Positions 8,648-15,260 of a DNA stretch of 20,276 bases are shown piece after piece. Below the pieces are notes generated by a model. That model saw nothing but the letters and a program-made list of their open reading frames with translations. It did no database searches and had not been told where the DNA came from. Numbering within the stretch: the first letter of the stretch is position 1; every line of letters starts with the position of its first letter. This DNA comes from a virus, in UHGV virus genome UHGV-1757948. One strand, written 5' to 3'. Position numbers and translations under genes: made by a program.

Positions 8648-8669
8648 AGCCCTTACGGCAATAAGGGCT
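8648..8669 (+). promoter_or_regulatory. Perfect 8-bp stem-loop in the predicted 5' leader of the accessory cassette
   Basis: AGCCCTTA (8648-8655), loop cggcaa, then TAAGGGCT (8662-8669). It lies immediately downstream of the promoter-like box and upstream of the candidate start codons at 8673 and 8709. Confidence 0.5.
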
Positions 8670-8675
8670 GAAATG

Positions 8676-8690
8676 ACAGACGGTGTGCCC
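8676..8690 (+). repeat. Left arm of a perfect 15-bp inverted repeat
   Basis: ACAGACGGTGTGCCC is the exact reverse complement of 9308-9322. It also takes part in a local hairpin, AGACGG (8678-8683) with CCGTCT (8689-8694). Confidence 0.85.
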
Positions 8691-8708
8691 GTCTTAAATT
8701 TAAATTAT

Positions 8709-9302
8709 ATGGCAAAGATAAATAATAATTTTGAGAAACGAAAACGCATCACGAAAAATGAAGCGTTGGAACTGCTAAAAGATTGTTATGAGGACATCTT
8801 CAAGGCGTATTACGCAGGTCTGGAAAATTACAATGAAGAAATAAATATGACCATACCTGAAGCAAGGACAAGGCTTGTAGGTCCTTTGCTTAACGCAAAA
8901 ATAACAGAGAGTTTCATTCTCACATTTCCCGAGAACTGGAACAAAGGCAAATACGGAAGGATAATATTCAGATGGAACGGTGTGCTCATGCTCATCAAGA
9001 AATTGAACAAGAATGACAAGCCGTCTTACATTCCGACAATACTTTCAGATTCGATTGTCAACCAATACCAATTACCGCTTTTCCAAGGCGATGAAGGCAA
9101 GGAAGAGCCGATATTGATTTTCGGATATACAAAGGACGGTTTCGGGCAGCTCGTAAACCCGAGAATTGTCTTGTATGACGATGGGGTTCAATGGACTGCC
9201 TATATGGAAGACGGTGTAAATATGCCGACTGCCAATACAGACACGCAGGAGATTATTGTCCGCCTGAAAAAGAAAGAGACAGGAGAAAAGAAGGCAGAAT
9301 AA
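8709..9302 (+). CDS. Hypothetical protein with no recognisable domain (197 aa from ATG 8709; the track starts at 8673)
   Basis: It is a long ORF in a low-GC block. ATG 8709 has an unstructured AT-rich upstream context (ttaaatttaaattat), whereas ATG 8673 is embedded between two hairpins. I recognise no motif in the product. Confidence 0.7.
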   Translation: MAKINNNFEKRKRITKNEALELLKDCYEDIFKAYYAGLENYNEEINMTIPEARTRLVGPLLNAKITESFILTFPENWNKGKYGRIIFRWNGVLMLIKKLNKNDKPSYIPTILSDSIVNQYQLPLFQGDEGKEEPILIFGYTKDGFGQLVNPRIVLYDDGVQWTAYMEDGVNMPTANTDTQEIIVRLKKKETGEKKAE

Positions 9303-9307
9303 CAGCA

Positions 9308-9322
9308 GGGCACACCGTCTGT
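9308..9322 (+). repeat. Right arm of the perfect 15-bp inverted repeat
   Basis: GGGCACACCGTCTGT begins 6 nt after the stop at 9300-9302 and is followed by TTTT. It is the reverse complement of 8676-8690. Confidence 0.85.
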
Positions 9323-9354
9323 TTTCAACAAACGACCTATAAAAGCAACGTCTT

Positions 9355-10410
9355 ATGAAATGTGAGCAGCTAACATTCGCAAGGGAATACAGGGGATTTA
9401 CGCAAACCGCACTCGCGGCAAAAGTCAAAGGGCTATCGCAATCCAACCTGTCAAAATATGAAAAGGGGTTTGGCGGGCTGTCAGACAACATGCTTAGTTT
9501 GATTATGTCCACGCTTGATTTTCCGATGAAATTCCTTGACATGAATATTGTGAACAAGGTTGACAGCAAGCATTACAGGAAAAAGGCAACCATAACCGTA
9601 AAGACACGCAACGAGATAGACAGGACAATATCCCTGATTGCGTATTGTTTTGATTGGCTTAGTGAATTTGTCGAGATACCTGACTATTCATTTGGATACT
9701 ACGACATGGACAACGGCATAAGCCCGGAGGAACTTGCCGGGCACATAAGGAACAAATACAGGCTCGGCATGTCGCCTATATCCGATATTTGCAATTTCCT
9801 TGAGCGCAATGGGGTATTCATTTACATGTGGGACAGTCCTAACGACGAGTTTGACGGGGTATCCCTGATAACTGACGCAGGCAATCATCTTATCATTGTG
9901 AACAGGAACAGAAGCAACGACAGGGTAAGGTTTACGCTTGCACATGAGCTGGGACACATACTGATGCACGAGTGCCCAAGTTTCCCGGTATTCAGCATTA
10001 GAGACAAGGAGAAAGAGGCGAACGCTTTTGCATCAGAGTTCCTTCTCCCCTCCCAGGCTGTCAGAAACGCCTTGCACAATGTCAGGCTCGGACAGTTCCC
10101 TGAGCTGAAACGGTATTGGCTTGTTTCCATGGCATCACTTTTGGAAAAGGCAAAAAACATAAACGCCATTGCAAGTGAGAAGTACAAGTCTATGAGAATG
10201 GAGTTCAGCAGACGCCATTGGAATAAGAAAGAACCTTACGAAGTGCCTATTGACAGCCCTACCGTCTTTGAGCAGGCATATAGGCTGGTATCGGACACAT
10301 TGGGGTATTCAATCAGCATGATTTCGGAAAGCACAGGCTTGCCCGAGGATGTCTTGATAAAGATATTCGGCAAATCTGCGAGGATAATATCATTAAAGCC
10401 ACTAATATAA
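9355..10410 (+). CDS. XRE-family HTH fused to an ImmA/IrrE (COG2856, M78-type) zinc metallopeptidase domain
   Basis: The N-terminus LTFAREYRGFTQTALAAKVKGLSQSNLSKYEKG is a typical XRE/HTH_3 domain. The central FTLAHELGHILMHE is a HEXXH zinc site (HELGH encoded at 9943-9957), followed by EKEANAFASEFLLP. This order is typical of ImmA/IrrE peptidases. Confidence 0.88.
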   Translation: MKCEQLTFAREYRGFTQTALAAKVKGLSQSNLSKYEKGFGGLSDNMLSLIMSTLDFPMKFLDMNIVNKVDSKHYRKKATITVKTRNEIDRTISLIAYCFDWLSEFVEIPDYSFGYYDMDNGISPEELAGHIRNKYRLGMSPISDICNFLERNGVFIYMWDSPNDEFDGVSLITDAGNHLIIVNRNRSNDRVRFTLAHELGHILMHECPSFPVFSIRDKEKEANAFASEFLLPSQAVRNALHNVRLGQFPELKRYWLVSMASLLEKAKNINAIASEKYKSMRMEFSRRHWNKKEPYEVPIDSPTVFEQAYRLVSDTLGYSISMISESTGLPEDVLIKIFGKSARIISLKPLI

Positions 10411-10436
10411 CAATTATCTATTTTGATACAACACAG

Positions 10437-10474
10437 GCGGTGACCCACATATCAAGGGTTGCCGCTTTTTGTTT
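10437..10474 (+). terminator. Rho-independent terminator closing the two-gene cassette
   Basis: GCGGTGACCC (10437-10446) pairs with GGGTTGCCGC (10456-10465) as a 10-bp stem that includes two G-U pairs, with a 9-nt loop. It is followed by TTTTTGTTT. Confidence 0.6.
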
Positions 10475-10492
10475 AATAAAAAATGAAAGAAC

Positions 10493-11002
10493 ATGGGAAG
10501 ATTTAAAGGATTGCTTGTGGTAGTATCGGTGTTGTTGACCGCATCATTATGCGTCAACATACTCCAGTGCAGTAATGCCGGAAAGAAAACAACGAATCAG
10601 GACACAGTACGGACTACATATATAGACACCATTCCGTTCTTGAATCCTGTACCCAAAGACAGTACGGTGATACGGTATGTTACGGAGACGTTGCCCGTGA
10701 CTTGCCGCAAAGACACGATATACGAAGAGAAGGGCGGGAATACAGGCGACAGCGTCAAGGTGACACTGCCTATAACTTCCAAAGTCTATAAGGACAGTAC
10801 CTATACCGCATACGTGAGCGGATTCCGCGCGAATCTTGACAGTATATTTGTATATCCGAGACACGAGACTGTAACTGTCACAAGGTACAAGGAAAGTCCG
10901 CGCCTTGGCGTCGGTATTGCCGCAGGTTACGGTATAGGGAAAGACATGAAACCGACACCTTTCATAGGAATATCCGTATATTATAGGCTTTGGCAGTGGT
11001 AG
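10493..11002 (+). CDS. Secreted or lipoprotein-like protein with a beta-rich C-terminus ending in aromatic residues
   Basis: The N-terminal signal is MGRFKGLLVVVSVLLTASLCVNILQCS, with Cys candidates for lipidation. The C-terminus is GVGIAAGYGIGKD...FIGISVYYRLWQW. A terminal aromatic residue is reminiscent of outer-membrane beta-signal sequences. Confidence 0.65.
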   Translation: MGRFKGLLVVVSVLLTASLCVNILQCSNAGKKTTNQDTVRTTYIDTIPFLNPVPKDSTVIRYVTETLPVTCRKDTIYEEKGGNTGDSVKVTLPITSKVYKDSTYTAYVSGFRANLDSIFVYPRHETVTVTRYKESPRLGVGIAAGYGIGKDMKPTPFIGISVYYRLWQW

Positions 11003-11004
11003 TA

Positions 11005-11208
11005 TCAGCCATCTGGGAACAGTCTTTCGTAGAACTCTCCCTGCCGTCGCACCAAAGCTTCCCCATAGTCCAACCCGTAAACATCGGCATCGTGCCTTGC
11101 TATGCGTCGCACACGAGCCTGTGCCGAGCGCGGACAATGTATGGCAATCAGATGCTCTGCCTCGGCAAACAGACGGGCGGAGTATTCATCATTTGGCATC
11201 TGTGTCAT
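11005..11208 (-). CDS. Hypothetical protein (67 aa), last gene of the minus-strand operon
   Basis: It overlaps the upstream gene end by 20 nt and has a helical-looking, balanced composition. A competing + strand ORF (10990-11235) has an odd Cys/His/Ser/Pro-rich composition. The strand choice is not certain. Confidence 0.45.
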   Translation of the reverse strand: MTQMPNDEYSARLFAEAEHLIAIHCPRSAQARVRRIARHDADVYGLDYGEALVRRQGEFYERLFPDG

Positions 11209-11572
11209 CAGATTCCTCCTTTTCTGAGTTTATAGATACGAACAATCTCTCGTAGTCATCACAACTGATTTCAAAGCAGTTCTGACTTATTACTCCGTCA
11301 GAATCCCCGAAAACGTAAAACGGGGTATACGGACTGTATGTCTTCAGGACACCCACATCCTTTTTGTTGTCCTGCCTGTGTCTGATATAGAACCAGTAAT
11401 GAGGTCTTTTGTAACCGACACACCATAGCAGCATAAGGACAAACAACAAGAAGAAAAAACAGAAAAACCATTTCGGCAGGAAAACGTCAATCAGAAAGAA
11501 TGTAACCCATGCCGTTACCATTACGGCGAAAGCCTCAAAAGATGTCTTGTAATCAAAATTTTTCATTTTCAT
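11189..11572 (-). CDS. Membrane protein (2 TM) with an acidic C-terminal tail (127 aa from ATG 11572; the track starts at 11599)
   Basis: The TM segments are FEAFAVMVTAWVTFFLIDVF and WFFCFFFLLFVLMLLWCVGY. ATG 11572 lies 7 nt after the upstream stop (11580-11582), while the 11599 start would overlap it by 20 nt. Confidence 0.65.
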   Translation of the reverse strand: MKMKNFDYKTSFEAFAVMVTAWVTFFLIDVFLPKWFFCFFFLLFVLMLLWCVGYKRPHYWFYIRHRQDNKKDVGVLKTYSPYTPFYVFGDSDGVISQNCFEISCDDYERLFVSINSEKEESDDTDAK

Positions 11573-11579
11573 AATATGT

Positions 11580-12134
11580 TTAATATTTCTTATTCCCATG
11601 CTTAAATGGGCGGAGTCTGTTATAGCGCATCTTCTGCTCGACGTAGAAGTCGATGTCGATATCGTTTTGGTGGCAGAATAAGATAATGAGGGCTACAGTG
11701 AGATTGATTTTTTCGCAAAGGGCTTCCTTATATAAACAAAGTCCCTCACAAAGATGGTACATGACGACGGGGAATGGCTCATTAATGAATTTTGCGTCTG
11801 AAGCAAGAAACTCGTCAACGTAATGCAGGGATATTCCGCGCAGTGCAGCCAAGTCCAAACAGCGTATGATGATGTCGCTAAGTTCATCCTCAACCGAGTT
11901 TTTGACGTGTGTCTCAAATTCATACTTAAATACAACGTCGTCATCGGCGTATGTTCCAAGTAATGCTTTGAAAAGGTCAATGTCCGTGTGCCTGTCCTTG
12001 CGGTCTGCCTGTACAGCTTCAGATATCTCAGTAATGATAAGCATCAAATAAGTTTCGTCAGGCAGTTCTTCATCGTGCCATCCGTGCGTCTTTGCGGTCT
12101 CAAAAACTGCTTTTGATAATTTAGTCAAATCCAT
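11580..12134 (-). CDS. MazG-like all-alpha nucleoside triphosphate pyrophosphohydrolase
   Basis: THGWHDE...LMLIITEISEAVQADRKD, EDELSDIIIRCLDLAALRGISL and a C-terminal EQKMRYNRLRPFKHGNKKY are present. These match the E-x-x-E / E-x-x-D helices and the KM.YN..R..KHGK tail of phage MazG-like proteins. Confidence 0.75.
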   Translation of the reverse strand: MDLTKLSKAVFETAKTHGWHDEELPDETYLMLIITEISEAVQADRKDRHTDIDLFKALLGTYADDDVVFKYEFETHVKNSVEDELSDIIIRCLDLAALRGISLHYVDEFLASDAKFINEPFPVVMYHLCEGLCLYKEALCEKINLTVALIILFCHQNDIDIDFYVEQKMRYNRLRPFKHGNKKY

Positions 12135-12187
12135 ACTACTTATATTTTATTTTTAGGCATTTAATGCTTAGTGTTAATATCTGTATA

Positions 12188-12934
12188 TCACTGCGACGCG
12201 CACTCGCTTTCAAGCTCGTTCCAATCCTCGTCGGTAATGTATTTGCGGCATTCAGGATTAAGCTTCAACGCCTCATAGCCGACACGGTTGAGGAAACGCT
12301 CGCTCGTCAGCTTCTTCTCTATGATACGGAAGGCGAGCATGGCGTTGGCGTCCTTGTTCAGGTCTATGGTTATCCCGTCCTCGGTCTTGCATATCATGTC
12401 CGCAGCCTGCTCAAAATGGTAGAGGGTGCGTGACAGCCGCGCAGGATTCATGTATTTGTCAAAATGAATGCCGGGCGCGGCTTCGTCAGCCGTCTTTATC
12501 TGCACATCGTAAAGATGTACCGCGTATGCCAGAAGATTGCGGGCGGTCTCGACATAGGACTTAAGCTCCGTTTCGGTCTGCCTGTACTTGTCGAGCAGCG
12601 ACTTTATGGAGAAGCGCAGGATGTCGACATGCGGCTGTATGTCCTCCTCCACTGTGTCAAGATAGTCATAGAAGAGCTGCGTGCGGTCTCCGAAGTTCTG
12701 GATGTGAAGCTTCTCGTAGGCGTAGTACGCCCTCTCCGCTTCCCTGATGTGACGCTTCAGAGTGAAACGGTAGTACGGTGTCTTCCGTACTCTCTCTATG
12801 GCGTCGAACATTGTCTTGCCCGCCACTGTGTTGGCGGCTCCTATAACAAGGTTGACGAGTGAGTTGAGACGCTCGAACACCTCCATCGCGCGCTGGCTGC
12901 TCACTGCCGTAGCCTGTCGTACGTATGCTGTCAT
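12188..12934 (-). CDS. Hypothetical all-helical protein (248 aa)
   Basis: It is a long ORF in a higher-GC block, with an ATGA overlap to the downstream gene at 12931-12934. I recognise no motif. Confidence 0.75.
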   Translation of the reverse strand: MTAYVRQATAVSSQRAMEVFERLNSLVNLVIGAANTVAGKTMFDAIERVRKTPYYRFTLKRHIREAERAYYAYEKLHIQNFGDRTQLFYDYLDTVEEDIQPHVDILRFSIKSLLDKYRQTETELKSYVETARNLLAYAVHLYDVQIKTADEAAPGIHFDKYMNPARLSRTLYHFEQAADMICKTEDGITIDLNKDANAMLAFRIIEKKLTSERFLNRVGYEALKLNPECRKYITDEDWNELESECASQ

Positions 12935-13191
12935 TGCTGACCTCCTTTCTTCAAATCATTCAAAGCCTTGTCATTGCAGCTTTTACAAAACAATTTATTG
13001 AGAGTTCCTTTTAGCATGACTAAATAGACATCATCGTCATCCTTGAACTTGCGGTTGCAATTAAAACAAAGCCTTTGAACATAAAGCCCTATACTTTCTC
13101 TCGACTTGCGGAACTGCCAGAATTTCAAGAATGGCTTATCAACAGCGTTTAGTACCTCGTATTCACGTTTGGTGATTTTCACTACTTTCAT
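12931..13191 (-). CDS. Small zinc-ribbon-like protein (86 aa)
   Basis: It has paired CxxC motifs (CFNCNRKF and CKSCNDK) and ATGA overlaps at both ends (13188-13191 and 12931-12934). Confidence 0.7.
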   Translation of the reverse strand: MKVVKITKREYEVLNAVDKPFLKFWQFRKSRESIGLYVQRLCFNCNRKFKDDDDVYLVMLKGTLNKLFCKSCNDKALNDLKKGGQQ

Positions 13192-13562
13192 TTTATACCT
13201 CCTTTCAGTAGCTCTGGGTTGTCGTGGATGTTGCCGATTATCGTTGCTTTATCGGTAGGAAGGAAGCCTAATCTTTCAATACCTCCGATAAAAGAGCATT
13301 CAGAATCACTATATTCCACATCCACAATATCTCCGTCTGGAAATTGAATAATATCCCCTTCGTAAATCTCCTTCCCCTTTTTATCATACAAGCCTGTGAA
13401 CTGGCTTACGGTGGAGGGGGCGATTTCTCGTTTCCACACGGCATTAGAGCTGTCGCTCTTTTCGAGAATGTTGCAGTCTCCGTCCGCCCATATTAAAAGC
13501 GAACCATAGCACCACTCATCGTTTGCAAGGCGTTTGCCTCTGAACTTGATTGCTCGTTTCAT
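13188..13562 (-). CDS. YopX family phage protein
   Basis: KFRGKRLANDEWCYGSL, QFTGLYDKKGKEIYEGDII and the C-terminal IIGNIHDNPELLKG are hallmark YopX motifs. Confidence 0.88.
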   Translation of the reverse strand: MKRAIKFRGKRLANDEWCYGSLLIWADGDCNILEKSDSSNAVWKREIAPSTVSQFTGLYDKKGKEIYEGDIIQFPDGDIVDVEYSDSECSFIGGIERLGFLPTDKATIIGNIHDNPELLKGGIK

Positions 13563-13870
13563 GACCGCACCTCCTTTCCGTCGGACAGAAGGTCGTCAAG
13601 ATAGGCGAACTTGTCAACCTCTCCCCATAATCGTTCAAACGACAGGTCGCGCAGGTCTTTGTAGACAGCGGCATTCCCGTTCTTGAATAAGACGAGTGTC
13701 TTGCGCTTAGGTTGGCAAGATACAGTGCCGTTGTGCCACACGGCGTTGATGCGCCAGTTGGCACCATCTATAAACCCATGTTCATAATACGGCACGTATT
13801 TTGGATTGAAGATGCTGTTGTCAATAACACAACTTTCTGTTGCCGCCTTTTCAATCTGTTCTCTTGTCAT
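13559..13870 (-). CDS. Hypothetical protein (103 aa)
   Basis: It has an ATGA overlap with yopX-like at 13559-13562. It contains HGFIDGANWRINAVWH, a motif seen in small conserved phage proteins of unknown function. Confidence 0.75.
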   Translation of the reverse strand: MTREQIEKAATESCVIDNSIFNPKYVPYYEHGFIDGANWRINAVWHNGTVSCQPKRKTLVLFKNGNAAVYKDLRDLSFERLWGEVDKFAYLDDLLSDGKEVRS

Positions 13871-13903
13871 ATCTTATTTGTATTAATATTCTTTCCCTCC
13901 ATT

Positions 13904-14068
13904 TTATCTTGTGATTTTAGAGGAAATTTTCCTTGTATTTCCTTTGTTTTCCTTTGCCAAACACTCATTGCCACATCTTCTGCCCACGTCGTACTTATCG
14001 CACCATCCGTCTCCGTAGAAGCCTTCGTTAATGAAGTGGATACATGAGCCGCAGTGTCTTGCTTTCAT
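13904..14068 (-). CDS. Small Cys-rich protein (54 aa), below the ORF-track cutoff
   Basis: Its ATG (14068-14066) overlaps the TGA of the PAPS-reductase-like gene (14067-14065). My translation is MKARHCGSCIHFINEGFYGDGWCDKYDVGRRCGNECLAKENKGNTRKISSKITR, which has 5 Cys including a CxxC. Confidence 0.55.
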   Translation of the reverse strand: MKARHCGSCIHFINEGFYGDGWCDKYDVGRRCGNECLAKENKGNTRKISSKITR

Positions 14069-14982
14069 TTTTCGTCGTCTTTAAATTCAAATTTCTGTTG
14101 CAGGAACTCGTCAGCGTAGAACTGCTTGTAGCTCTTGTCGCTTATCCACCACCTAAAGCCTGTTTCAGCGTCGTTGAAATTGTGGTCGATATATCCGTTG
14201 TCTATCAGCCATTGGATTGTCTTTATCCAATTGCGTTTGACGTGCGGCCAGCGTTTAGCATCTTCCTTCTTTATCCGTGCGTTCGACATAGGGCAACAGA
14301 TGCAGCCAATGCGTGTATAACCCTCGTCGTAGAGTTCGCAGTGTGGTATGCCGTTCATGTTAAGGAACTCCCACACGTCGCGCTCCGTCCAATAGATTAT
14401 GGGCGATACAAGGATTTTGTCCTTACCGCCGACACACGCAACCATGCTCTCCTCATGTTCGCTCCATTGGTCAAAGGTTTCCTCATTGCGCTTGCCCTTT
14501 ATCTCTGTGGATATTTCCTCACGTTTTGCACGCCGTGCGCTTTCTTCTTTTCTCACACCGATAAGTGTCACCTTGCCAACGCCTGACGTTTCCTTGAACT
14601 CGGCACAACACCAACGCAAAGTCCTTGTCGGCAAGATGTGCTTTTTCTTCGCCATTTCGTAAATGCTCATCCGTGGTTTGATTAGCTCCACATCGGGGTA
14701 TTGCGTCTTGACGAAGCGGATGACTTCGGGCGGGTCTATGCTCGTAAGGTTCATGTGAGCCTTGAAGCGGACACCGGCCAGCTTTGCGACATGGTAGAGG
14801 CATTGGCTGTCCTTGCCGCCACTGAACGCAAGGTAAAAGCCGTTTTCGGGGTCGAGGCGCAACGCCATTTTCTCCGACTTCCGCAAAAGTTCGACGGAGT
14901 GTTCCAGCTTCCTTGCAAGCGGACGGCTTACCTTTGACATTACGGTGTCGTGGTCAAGCAGTATTATTTCACACGCTTTCAT
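14065..14982 (-). CDS. Phosphoadenosine phosphosulfate (PAPS) reductase family PP-loop ATPase, phage IbrA/DndC-like clade
   Basis: The PP-loop is AFSGGKDSQ (residues 52-60). It also has RWCCAEFKE, LIGVRKEESARRAKRE and YTRIGCICCP, matching the motif order of PAPS-reductase-like proteins common in phages. Confidence 0.88.
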   Translation of the reverse strand: MKACEIILLDHDTVMSKVSRPLARKLEHSVELLRKSEKMALRLDPENGFYLAFSGGKDSQCLYHVAKLAGVRFKAHMNLTSIDPPEVIRFVKTQYPDVELIKPRMSIYEMAKKKHILPTRTLRWCCAEFKETSGVGKVTLIGVRKEESARRAKREEISTEIKGKRNEETFDQWSEHEESMVACVGGKDKILVSPIIYWTERDVWEFLNMNGIPHCELYDEGYTRIGCICCPMSNARIKKEDAKRWPHVKRNWIKTIQWLIDNGYIDHNFNDAETGFRWWISDKSYKQFYADEFLQQKFEFKDDEK

Positions 14983-15107
14983 TTTGCCTTGTCTTTAAGT
15001 TTGAATATAAATTCCATCAGTTGTTTGTTCTGCTGGCGGTACCTGTCAACCTCGGCTTGCAGGAAGTCAATCTCGTTGTGGTACGCCTCACGCTCAAAGT
15101 CAGTCAT
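14979..15107 (-). CDS. Small coiled-coil protein (42 aa), below the ORF-track cutoff
   Basis: ATG is at 15107. Its TGA (14981-14979) overlaps the ATG of the PAPS-reductase-like gene (14982-14980). My translation is MTDFEREAYHNEIDFLQAEVDRYRQQNKQLMEFIFKLKDKAK. Confidence 0.45.
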   Translation of the reverse strand: MTDFEREAYHNEIDFLQAEVDRYRQQNKQLMEFIFKLKDKAK

Positions 15108-15113
15108 CGTTCA

Positions 15114-15260
15114 CTAATCGTCTACAATGGCTTTTGCTAAACCGAAGAGAAGGATATATATTCCTAACATGAGCAGTACCCATGGGAAACTTGTCAACAT
15201 CCATATAGAGGCTGCCACGCAAAGTGCACCGGCATGGATGATTAGTTCAGTTCTGTTCAT
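15114..15260 (-). CDS. Small 2-TM membrane protein (48 aa), below the ORF-track cutoff
   Basis: Its ATG (15260-15258) overlaps the TGA of the radical-SAM gene (15259-15257). My translation is MNRTELIIHAGALCVAASIWMLTSFPWVLLMLGIYILLFGLAKAIVDD. Confidence 0.5.
   Translation of the reverse strand: MNRTELIIHAGALCVAASIWMLTSFPWVLLMLGIYILLFGLAKAIVDD

Noticed and set aside
12135-12187. The AT-rich 53-nt gap with a GCATTTAATGC near-palindrome, considered as an internal promoter or operator of the minus operon.
   Set aside because: The arms are only 5 bp, there is no TAnnTTTG-type box on the minus strand, and such sequences are expected by chance in AT-rich spacers. The evidence is too weak to call.
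14044-14586. A 180-aa + strand ORF antisense to the PAPS-reductase-like gene, plus similar antisense ORFs at 12464-12862, 17038-17568, 17682-18221 and 18323-18703.
   Set aside because: Each lies opposite an ORF with recognisable motifs or operon coupling. Their translations are hydrophobic or Val/Leu/Phe-rich mirror products, and none has its own intergenic space.
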